This document shows positions 1-8,999 of a DNA stretch of 24,059 nucleotides, piece by piece. The notes under the pieces were generated by a model. It ran no database searches, was not told the DNA's origin, and saw only the letters and a list, made by a program, of their open reading frames with translations. A program made the position numbers and the translations under genes. Numbering within the stretch: position 1 is the stretch's first letter; each line of letters opens with the position of its first letter. This stretch comes from Vitrella brassicaformis CCMP3155 (taxonomy: Eukaryota; Protista; Chromerida): assembly GCA_001179505.1 (NCBI GenBank), contig CDMY01000753.1, positions 1-24,059 of the forward strand, read 5' to 3'.

Positions 1-403
1 CGTGTGACGGTGTGTGGGGACACGATGCCAACGTGTTCATCGCCCACATGGCTCATGCGCTGTTGGAGAAGGAGGGGTTGAAGGGTCGGGGGTTCAGTCA
101 TGTGTCTGGATGGATTCGCTCTCGCTTGTCTATCGCCCTCGCGCGTGCGACTAGCTTCTGTCTGCGTGGGGGAGGGAGGGGAGGGTTTGCGGGACTGGGG
201 TGTGCTGATGGGGCGGGGATCGATCCCTCCTCCCCGTGATCGTTTGACTCTGCGTGCTCATGGGACTGTATATTTATGAGTATCACGGACACACAGACGA
301 GTGTTACGGTTAATGCAAGTTTCTCTCCCGTGTACTTTGATTGGGATTACTTCGCTTTAAGTCAAGCACATCAATGCAGCAACCGCAGGAAGGTCCACTA
401 AAG

Positions 404-716
404 TCAGCAAAGCAAAGCAAAGCAAACCAAAGGGGGGGACACCGTCCTCAAGCAAAGTAAAGTAAGTAAAGCAAAGCAAAGCAAAGGGAGGGGGGGAGCA
501 AGGGGGGGACACCGTCCTCAAGCAAAGTAAAGTAAGTAAAGCAAAGCAAAGGGGGGGAGACTCCCCGCAAGCAAAGTAAAGCAAAGCAAAGCAAAGCAAA
601 GTAAAGTAAAGCAAAGCAAAGCAAAGCAGAGGGGACCCCCCTCGAGCTGAGTGAAGCAAAGTAAAGTAAAGGGAACGTCAAGCAAAATAAAGTGAAGTAA
701 AGTGAAGTGAAGTAAT
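404..716 (+). repeat. Modular AAGCA/AAGTA/AAGTG pentamer array with interspersed GC-rich palindromic cores
   Basis: Runs of agcaa/agtaa are broken by cores GGAC-acc-GTCC, GGGGAG-A-CTCCCC and GAGGGG-A-CCCC(CC)TC. A 52-bp exact direct repeat lies at 430-481 and 500-551. Confidence 0.9.
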
Positions 717-726
717 GTGAGGCGAA

Positions 727-1098
727 ATGCAGGCGAAGACGGAAGCGACAGACGGATTGACTCGTAAGCACTATGACGCGTCCACTGACGCACTGTTTCC
801 ACGGCATGAAGGCCGCTTTTGCTTTGCATCCTTGGCCTGTGCACGCGCACAACCACTCACACACAGCGTTGCCGAAGTCCAGCAGATCAAGCAGATCAAG
901 CAGAGCAGATCCAGGGACAACTTTCCCAGTGGAGGAGTTGAGGAGACGTGTCTTTTGAAAGACGGAACCATCAAACGTGCGACCCTGGACTCGTTTCGCG
1001 GAGAAAGAAAGGTGCGTTTGTCTGACGCGCATGCGCCAAAAGTTGTCCTTGACGCCTTGTCGCATACGGTCAGTTTGGTGTTTGCATACGGTCAATGA
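727..1098 (+). CDS. Unassigned 123-aa ORF between the inverted pentamer arrays
   Basis: The ORF starts at an ATG directly after the array and has ordinary composition. I recognise no motif; it may be non-coding or an exon fragment. Confidence 0.2.
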   Translation: MQAKTEATDGLTRKHYDASTDALFPRHEGRFCFASLACARAQPLTHSVAEVQQIKQIKQSRSRDNFPSGGVEETCLLKDGTIKRATLDSFRGERKVRLSDAHAPKVVLDALSHTVSLVFAYGQ

Positions 1099-1560
1099 GA
1101 GAGTGCATGGGTGGATGTAGGGGGTGAGACACAAGAAGGAATGCATCAATATCTGTGGACGGGCGTGTACGTGTCTGTGGAATTGCTGATATGTGTTCGT
1201 TGCATGAATGGTGGGTGGTTGTGTGGATGTGGGTGCACGTACGTATCATCTGATGAATAAAAGCGCTTTGAGCCGTCCGGAACCAACCGAATTCAGTGAA
1301 TGCATTCTTGGTCTGCGTCTGTCCATCTGTTTGGCTGACTGCTTGACTCCTGCCTCTTGCTATTGTACATTAAAGCACATCTGCCATAGACTGCTGATAT
1401 GCACGGATTCTGCAGATGCCACACAGGCCGTACAGAAAACGAAAGATGACCACGTAACTCCGTCCACCAGTGACCTGAATGGCTAAGGCGTTCACTGTGC
1501 GTTGCTGCCGAGCCCGCTGCTGCTGCTGCTGCTGCACAACTGCAATAAGCAAAGGCGACA

Positions 1561-1785
1561 TTGAAGAAGAACGACATTGATTTGTTCAGCCCCGTCGCAT
1601 ACCATGCTGCATGGGCTACGATGGAGCCTATCGATGAGCCACTCCCTGTGGCATGGGCACAGGGAGTGGTTGAGGTGGGCCCTGAGTATGAAGTTCAGCT
1701 CGGTGGACGAGAAGAGGCGCATTTCTTCTGCCAAGACGGCAAACACCTGCTCCACTCCTCCCACAACAACATCCCTGGCCGATGA
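1561..1785 (+). CDS. Unassigned short coding-like fragment (KKNDIDLFSPVAYHAAW...)
   Basis: Protein-like composition only; no ATG at the start and no recognised motif. Confidence 0.15.
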   Translation: MKKNDIDLFSPVAYHAAWATMEPIDEPLPVAWAQGVVEVGPEYEVQLGGREEAHFFCQDGKHLLHSSHNNIPGR

Positions 1786-1959
1786 AAGCGCACAGGCAAC
1801 GTATGCATTTGTTCGCTGCACAGCCTTCAATTTCCTTACCCTGTTCCTCCGGTGCATCCTTTTTTGTGCGATTTCTCGGTCAGCTGCCTACCTGTGGATC
1901 CAGTGAGGCACGGAGGGCACTGTGGCTGCTGCGCCATGGCGACGAAGCGGACATTTCTT

Positions 1960-2190
1960 CACTTTACGGGGGACCTCGCTCTACTTCTTTACTGTACTTT
2001 AATGGTCACTTCTCTGCTTCACTTGGCTTTACTCTACTTTAATTGTCGCTTCTCCCTCTGGTTCACTTTTTCCTTTCCTTTATTCACTTTACTCTGCCGA
2101 CTTTGCTGGGTGAGCTCAAAAGAGATTTACTCTACTTTGCTCTACTTTGCTGGGGCCCGCCTTGTCTCTCTCAAATGACTTTACTTTGCT
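1960..2190 (-). repeat. Degenerate pentamer array (TTTAC/TTTGC/TCTAC) in inverted orientation to 404-716
   Basis: The reverse complement reads AGCAAAGTAAAG / AGCAAAGTAGAG / GTAAAGTGAAG, with GC cores (gggggacctc, ggggcccgcc) like those in the left array. Confidence 0.7.
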
Positions 2191-2433
2191 AAATCCGCCA
2201 TGGCCTTTGTGCACGAGCGTGAGCGGGACGACCATCAGTGCGGTGAGGCAGGTGCCAGAGGGGGCAACAAAATGGCAGCTTTACTGGATCTGCGACTGGC
2301 TCCCCCTGTATGGCTGCTCGGGCGGTTGTAAGCAGCCTCTCCGAACTAGGCAAACTTTAACGGGTCCGAGTGAAGGGTCAAATCGGGTGTAGTAACCATG
2401 GGTCCATTCGACGATGTCGAGAATCTCGACGTG

Positions 2434-2468
2434 CAGGCCCCCATTTGGCATGTGACCCACATACATAA
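2434..2468 (+). repeat. Outer segment of the left TIR
   Basis: CAGGCCCCCATTTGGCATGTGACCCACATACATAA matches the reverse complement of 8644-8678 (CAGGCCCCCAAATGGCAGTTGACCCACATACATAA) with about 4 mismatches. Confidence 0.85.
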
Positions 2469-2654
2469 CAAGTAAGGCGCCCAGGCAAGCTGAGCGCGGT
2501 GCACGACCCCCCAAGTGATTGGGGCGACTGTGCGTTTGACGAAGAATGCAGATGTGTCCAACAAACACGTCGATCACACCAGCCATGCGATGAGTAAAAG
2601 AACACATGTCCTTCTCCCTTTTGTAGCTGTGTGTATGTGTGTGGATGTGTCATG

Positions 2655-2756
2655 AGATAGGTACGAACACGAAGAGACATAGAATATCGCACAGGTAAGA
2701 ACAAGACGCACAGCACAATTGTGCCGAGATAGGTACAAAGACGAAGAGACAGAGAA
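2655..2756 (+). repeat. ~31-bp imperfect direct repeat inside the nested element
   Basis: gagataggtacgaacacgaagagacatagaa (~2655) versus gagataggtacaaagacgaagagacagagaa (~2726). Confidence 0.75.
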
Positions 2757-3658
2757 CACTACAAATCATGAAGGCAGGTATTGTGCAGTTGGGGTGAACT
2801 ACACGAATCATGAAGCATGCAGGGCGGATCACGAGGAGGACAGGCAAACAAGCGCAGATCAACAAACATGCGCAAATCAGCTTCTGCCAACGAAAAATGA
2901 CCGATGAGAAGAGTGTGCCTTCTTGATCTCGAGCCTATTGGCACGAGAGCCGATTGGTCCACGCTCTTGAGGAGCTTGCCCAGAGCCCTGACCACAGCAG
3001 CCCATCGTTCGCGTCCTTGTCGTTTGTGTCGATGGTGTCGCCGAACTTTGCAGACACAGACGAGAGAGGCGTCGTTGTGTGGGAGATGTGTCTGTGTGTG
3101 TGGTGTGTATGCCCGTGGTACCTCACCTGATGTCGATTCGCGCTGGCGACCCTGGCGGCTGTCGTTGTTGGGCAGTTCTGGGTGACTGTCTGCCAAGGAA
3201 CGCACTCACGTACAGGCACATGACTCTTACGGCAGGCAGTACGTTGCTTTGTCCTCTTACGGCGAGGGCATGAGTGCTTGGTAGCCGAGACCCAGTGCTC
3301 GCCGCACAGGCCGAACTTGTCGAGGCAGGCCCCGTTGCCTTCTGCATTCTGTACGGCGACGGGTTCTTGCTGGGGCATCAGTGGCGGGGGTGCATCACTG
3401 GGCACAAACACGTGCACGGGCACAAATGATTGCCTGACAGACACAGAGTCATCAGGAACAGATGAACCGGTCGGGGGGTAAGGTGTGTCCACGAGAATGA
3501 GTACCTGTGGATGTCGGCGGGCAGCGACTGTGTGTTCTCGTCGTCGGGCCACGCTGGTGAGAAGACCGGTGATGCAAGGGCGAGCGTGCGAAGACGAGGA
3601 AGGAGGAGAGAAAGAAAAGGAGCAGCCGCTGACGGCTGAAGAAGACGACTGAGTGCTG

Positions 3659-3721
3659 AGCTTGACAGACTGACTGCTGAGCTTTTAACAGACTGACTGC
3701 AGCTTTTAACAGACTGACTGC
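3659..3721 (+). repeat. Three ~21-bp subterminal tandem repeats
   Basis: (g)agctt(tta/g)acagactgactgc occurs three times near the right end of the nested element. Confidence 0.8.
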
Positions 3722-3815
3722 GAGGCGACTTTGGCAACCCCGGAAGAACCGATCGTACGCACGGAAAAAAAGTAGCCTAGAGCAGTCCCCCAGCTGGTGC
3801 TTTTGGGGGGTCGTG

Positions 3816-4080
3816 AAAATTGCAGAGAAGCAGCCCACCCGGCTGATCAAAAGCAAATGTGAACCGCCCATGTAAGAGCCTCTCACACACCAAGCAGCAG
3901 CTCCTCGCTCGGTCACGTTCTTTCACAATGGGAACCCTTCACCCTTCTAAGGGCGCCCCGTTCTCGGCAATCAAAGCAGCTGTGACCACCGGGCTGGGCG
4001 CATCTGAACGCTCACTCAAAGGGCATCCAAACATCATCACCTCACTCACTCTGGTTCGTGAGATATGATTCACTCAATTC
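3816..4080 (+). repeat. Inner segment of the left TIR (~265 bp)
   Basis: aaaattgcagagaagcagcccacccggctgatc...gagatatgattcactcaattc is the reverse complement of 8378-8645, near-identical in the outer part with small indels further in. Confidence 0.92.
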
Positions 4081-4132
4081 TGTCCGACCACTGCGTATCT
4101 GACTTGCTGCTTTCTCTGCAGTGACTTGACAG

Positions 4133-4483
4133 ACACGGACCGCCGCCAATTCCACGGCCGTCGCCCAGGTGATCTTCTCGTTCACGTCGACACACGAGTA
4201 CCCCAACGACATGGGTGCCGAGGGCGCCCCTGCTGCCGCCGCACAAGGAGCTGCTGCTGCTGCTGCGGCTGCCGCTGGTGGCGAGGAGGCAGGGGATGGC
4301 GAGGGCGACGGGGTGCAGCAGGATCACGACCTGTATGCCAACCACGATGATGACGATCCAGAGGGCCTCGAGGCCGTGCAGCAGGCGGCGCAGCTGTTTG
4401 GTGAAGCGCCCATCCAAGGATATATGGGCGCTGCGCTCGGCCATGGGGTCGACCACGCTGAGGTTGCAAATCTGATAGACTGA
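4133..4483 (+). CDS. Terminal-exon-like acidic/Ala-rich coding fragment convergent with the transposase
   Basis: The frame is open from 4130 to a stop at 4483 (...FTSTHEYPNDMGAEGAP...DHDLYANHDDDDPEGLEAVQQAAQLF...). A pyrimidine-rich tract and CAG acceptors (ending ~4121 and 4132) precede it. Confidence 0.5.
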   Translation, partial: TRTAANSTAVAQVIFSFTSTHEYPNDMGAEGAPAAAAQGAAAAAAAAAGGEEAGDGEGDGVQQDHDLYANHDDDDPEGLEAVQQAAQLFGEAPIQGYMGAALGHGVDHAEVANLID

Positions 4484-4693
4484 GAGTAGGTTGGTGTATG
4501 AGGTGGCGATGAGGAGCCTCATGGACTGATTGGTGTATCTCTGTGCATTGTACATACATTCGTATCAATCAATCGATGAATCATCGCAATTACCAGTCAA
4601 TCTGTCAATCATTGAATAGGTTACTCAATGCTGACACTTGCACCAACCACTGCTACGCCAATCATTCATTCTCTATATATTATCTACATTTCG

Positions 4694-7600
4694 CTAGATA
4701 AGAGGTGGTGTTCTACTGGGATATAGTTTGACCTGGGCTACAATTTCATTCCATTTCTCTTGCTGTTCCTCACCTATCTGTGGCAGCTCAAGCAATGGCA
4801 CCTCTGGCAATGGCCGGTCGTACTCATCGGCTGCAATCATCTGAGTGCTCACGTTGCTGGCGTAGCTCAACACAGCCCGATGCTTCTCACTCATCGAGGC
4901 CAGTATGTGTCTCTCCAGCTGCAGTTTGATTATTTGCAGTCCCAGCTCTGCCTTCACTTGTTTGCCGCCGCCCTTCATTGTGTGATTTTCTTCGATCAAA
5001 TGAGCCTCCTTGTTCACCGACTCGTGTGCTTGCATATTTAGGAGGCCGTATGGGGGCGCCATCCCATTCATCGACTCGACCAGGTGTGGAAGGACGTGGC
5101 ACTCGAGTAGATGCATCGAGGGTGTGTAGATGTCGAGCCACTTCAGCCCGAACGGCAGCAGTGAGCAACAGAAGCAGAGACATTAGTATGGGAGGAAGCG
5201 AATGAGAGAGCGCCTTACATTGTCAGGCCAACGACCTTCATCTGCCAGAGATGGCGGGAGAAAAGCCGAAGCTGATCCTCAATGGCAGGGGCAGGGGTTC
5301 TGAGGCAGAAGCGGATAACCCAGGCGTAGGACATGAAGAAGCACCAGAGTTTCCCCTTTTCCTTGGCTCCAACTTCCACGAGCAGAAGGAGGTAGTCGCG
5401 TATGTCTCTGGCCTGCAACCGGCTCTTGGGACTTTCCAAGACGCATTGATTCGGCAAGGATGGCTCGATCCTCCTGCTCAGTCTTGGACTGTGCCGCCCC
5501 TCCCTGTTCTCCCTCTTCAAAAACAATCGACGTCGAGGGCCTCCTTGACCTCGTCCTCACTGAGTGGCTTGATGCCTCCCTCAAACTCTGCCTGCTGAAA
5601 GTCTGCAATCTGCTCCTCCTCACGTGGCAGCACCTCAAAACAGGAAGGTGGAGCAGATGCCACGGTACTGCATGTCTTCATCGCACCTACCTCCGTCGGT
5701 AGCGATTGATTTGATCACTGGCATGAAGTTGAGGGGCAGTTTGAGATTGTCAGTAAGTCAAAACGTGCTTCTGTCTTTGCTGAACACACCTACTTGTTGT
5801 GTCTCATCCGCATGAGTTCGCTGCCGTCACCAGATATGCATAGTGGGATGGTGATTTCATCGTCAGCGGTCCATAGCTCGTCCTTGATCAGGTCCAGCCG
5901 CCAAACACCATCTACCACGCTGGGGTGGGTTTCGATCAGCCACTGGAGGAGCCGAAAGGGACTCACCTAGGTTGATGAGAAGTGCTCGTTGGCCTTGCGC
6001 GGATCACACGCATATCCAAGGGCACCGCCAGGACGGAGCAAATCGAAGAGGTCGACCTCTTCCAGTGAGGGCATGTAGTCATGTCTCTCCGTCTGGATGG
6101 CCTTCTTTGAGGGAAGAATGCGGGGCTTCTTCTTGCTCCGTGACCACCGTGTACGCCCGGGGAGGATGTCGTTGATCAAGAGGTTAGTGATGAGCTGCAG
6201 GCGTTGCCATCCAATGTGCAGCTTCAACTGAAGAGAACGGTACAACGACTCGCTCACACGACAGTAACGCTCCGCAAATCCTTTGACGACATCCAGCAAG
6301 GCATTCCGCAAAGAACCGACGGGCCGCGCATCTTCACCTTGCTGTCTCACTCTGTCCAGAAACAGCTGCCACACACCAGACAGGACGCCTCGAAGTATGC
6401 CGATGGGCCAGTTGAAGACGAAGAAGAGAGACAGCAGGCGAGTTAGATTGTTCTGCATCGACTGCAGCTTGCTTGAAGTACCGCCGTAGCTCCACCCCTT
6501 TGGACGAAATCTGCCGGCGAGGCCATTTATCCAGAGCAGGACCTCTACGGCGGCATCCGCCATCTTGTTGCGGCGCCGGTTCCCGGACTCGTCTCGAGAC
6601 GCTGCGTATTCGGTGATGGACTCCTCGGGACCGACAAGAGCCGATCCAACACTGGTGGTGATTCTCAGCTGACGCCATTTTTTGCCGCCTTTCTTCCCCT
6701 TCATTTTCTCTAACATCTCCACCTGCACATGAGCCGTGTGACTCTCATCTTGATCATAGTGGACCCGCCGAATGAGTGTCCAGGGTTCGTCGTTGTTGAC
6801 GTCCTTGTGCTTCGGCCCGATCTGCTTCTTGTTGGCGGACTCAGGACTCTCTGCCCCTGGACGTCCCTCTGCGTCTTGATCATCACTCATCTCCGCCTCC
6901 AGCTCCAGGGCGTCGTCATTATCTTCTCCGACGTCCTCCTCTGCGGCCATCAGAGGATCCAGCTCATCCTCTGTTTTCACCTGCACCAAGGGGCCTGCGG
7001 ATGTGGCTGCGGCTGCGGCAGCGGCTGCTGGCGGGCTCACATCCCTCGCAGGGATGTTCATGTCCTTCAGGCTGCGCGGAGTGGGGAAAGGACTGTCAGC
7101 CTCCTGATCAGACGGAAACTGATCCCAGTCATGAACATCTCCTTCTTCGGAAGATTTGATGGAAGATAGACGCTCCTCTGCATCTGACTGAAATCGGTCG
7201 TCTGTCTCCATTCCGGCAGGCCGAATTGACTCTTCTTCAATGAGGTCCTCGTCCCAGGCAGCAGCAGCAGCAGCAGCATGAGTCCGCTGTCTCTGCCGTC
7301 TCCGCTGTTTTGGAGCAGCTGCCGGTGCCGCAGCTGGTGGAGAGGCAGCCGCCGCTGCAGCTGCGGCGGTCGGAGAAACATCGCGGATCCCAGAAATGTA
7401 CTTGGAATAGGTGGCTCTGTCTTCTCTGACGCGTCTCTTGACACTGTGCGGGAGAGCCGTGAACTGGTCGTTCATCCGTCTCCAACGCGCTGAGAATCTC
7501 ATCTATGGCCACCTCTCGTGCCCGCTCTGTCTCCACCTGCTCGAGGACCTCTTGCCGTGAAGTGACCAAGCGCTCGAACAAGTCGATTGGCAGGCCTCCT

Positions 7601-8103
7601 GGCAAGGACGGGGTGAAAGTCGGGATATTGCTGATGTATTCTTGAAGATAATCCCGACACAACTTGACAAAACGATTAAACCGCGCTTCTTCCTTGCGGC
7701 AATTCTCCCATCCGCCCTCCATCAGACGCACCAGGGTACCGTCGGCCACTCTCCGTGCCTTCATCCTCTTTTTGAGGATTTCGACAATGCGGCGGGGCAG
7801 CGCTTTACCGCCGACAGTCAGTGCATCATCGTCGGCCTCCCACTCCGCTCGACGCTTCCGTTGGTTCAGCCCCGCGGCGGGAGACGCGGGTGCGGGTTGT
7901 AATGGTGGAGGCAATGGAGCAGGTGCGGCTGCCGCGGCAGCTGCAGCTGCCGGTACTCCTCCCCTCCCTCCGCCTGCAGCTGCCGGTCCTCCTCCCCTCC
8001 CGCCGCCACGAGCTCGTCTCCTCAGAAGAGGCCTGCCTTGGTCGTCCACGTCATCGCCCAAACGCGATATCCCCAGCTCAAAGCCACTGGGTGCGCCAGC
8101 CAT
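4694..8103 (-). pseudogene. Frameshifted RAG1/Transib-like DDE transposase with long N-terminal extension
   Basis: Collinear motifs across frames: SESLYRSLQ...ILPSKKAIQTERHDYMP (cf. RAG1 SCSQYHKMY...LLP), CISGDGS (D at ~5826), IATDGG (D at ~5695), LWCFFMSYAWVIR helix, TPSMHLLECH (H-x4-H, ~5096-5113) and QAHESVNK (E at ~5021; cf. RAG1 GNESGNK). Lesions: frameshift ~7475, in-frame TAG 5967-5969, and further stops/shifts at 5800-5400. Confidence 0.75.
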
Positions 8104-8377
8104 TGGTGGTGAGTTGGGTACCGGCTGAGATGCAGGCAGCCAAGTGGTGGTCTGCACAGTCAATGGGGAGAAAGCAGAGCGGCAGGTGGTGACCGTTTCT
8201 GTACAGACTTGCGTGACACATTTCTCGCGAACCAGAGCGAGTGCGAGGACCACCCTAAGGGAAACATGCATCAGCGGTCACTGCCCTTTGAGTGACGGTT
8301 CCAGCGGAGACGGCTACTAGCTTGACATGGGGGAAATGGGGGCAATGCATGCATGAAGTGTTTCACGCGTTTCACGC

Positions 8378-8678
8378 GAATTGAGTGAGTCATATCTCAC
8401 GAACCAGACTAAGCGAGGTGATGATGTTTGAAATGAATTGACAGTTCTTTGAGTGAGGGTTCAGATGCGCCCAGCGCGGTGGTCACAGCTGCTTTGGTTG
8501 CCGAGAACGGAGCGCTGTTAGAAGGGTGCCCATTGTGAATGAACGTGAGCGAGCGAGGAGCTGCTGCTTGGTGTGTGAGAGGCTCTTACATGGGCGGCTC
8601 ACATTTGCTTTTGATCAGCCGGGTGGGCTGCTTCTCTGCAATTTTATGTATGTGGGTCAACTGCCATTTGGGGGCCTG
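8378..8678 (-). repeat. Right TIR (~300 bp, uninterrupted)
   Basis: Reverse complement of 2434-2468 + 3816-4080. Read outward-in it begins (CA)CAGGCCCCC. Confidence 0.92.
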
Positions 8679-8984
8679 TGTCAGTGAGGCTGGGCGCCTC
8701 ATGACACCTAGCGGGGCGTCGGCCACGAGGGATCACCCTCGCCATCACGCGGGCCAACACAACCAAACGCTGCGGTAAGGGCCCAGCCAAAAGGTGGACC
8801 ACCCCTGCCTTGCTTGCGTGACCATAGCATCTGTGGTCGATGACTCGAAAAACCAACCCATCCCTCTGTCCTTGAGCTGACGAGTGCCCCACTCGCCCTC
8901 AGTCCTGACGTGCGGTTCAGAGCTGGCAGCCCCACGAAGCTGCCCATCCATCGATCCATCCAGGATCCCGTTCAGGTGTCCATC

Positions 8985-8999
8985 ATGGCAGACACCATC
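8985..8999 (+). pseudogene. First 5 codons (MADTI) of an ORF interrupted by the LTR retrotransposon; continues at 21938-22216
   Basis: Removing the element and one CATC copy rejoins ATG GCA GAC ACC ATC to CAT CCG TGC..., giving a 97-aa open frame. Confidence 0.4.

Larger units (their letters stand above)
2492..3815. mobile_element. Nested ~1.3 kb non-autonomous element with CAC...GTG termini, inserted in the left TIR
   Basis: Perfect 13-bp TIR CACGACCCCCCAA (2492-2504) / TTGGGGGGTCGTG (3803-3815), with a second conserved block TGGGG(C)GACTG inside each end. It sits where the larger TIR is interrupted. No TSD match. Confidence 0.75.
2434..8678 (-). mobile_element. Degraded TIR DNA transposon of the RAG1/Transib/Chapaev (CMC-Transib) type
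   Basis: Long inverted repeats (2434-2468 + 3816-4080 versus 8378-8678) enclose a minus-strand transposase pseudogene with Transib/RAG1-like motifs. No convincing TSD; only TG flanks both CAGG...CCTG ends. Confidence 0.75.

Noticed and set aside
430-650. CRISPR-like array (palindromic repeats at regular spacing)
   Set aside because: The 'spacers' are themselves low-complexity pentamer runs, the cores differ, there are no cas genes and the context is eukaryotic.
357-1149. Minus-strand ORFs rich in LLCFALLYF that look transmembrane
   Set aside because: They are translations of the TTTGC/TTTAC pentamer array.
5251-5598. Plus-strand 115-aa ORF MAGEKPKLIL...
   Set aside because: Antisense shadow of the transposase core.
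6250-6500. Tyrosine-recombinase (Crypton/DIRS) interpretation of the helical block and RDYLLLLVEVG
   Set aside because: No R...H-x2-R...Y catalytic set was found; downstream motifs fit a DDE/H-x4-H transposase, and long TIRs fit cut-and-paste elements.
8640-8680. True RSS (heptamer-12/23-nonamer) in the right TIR
   Set aside because: CACAGGC only partly matches the heptamer, the left end reads TGCAGG, and no ACAAAAACC-like nonamer lies at 12 or 23 nt.
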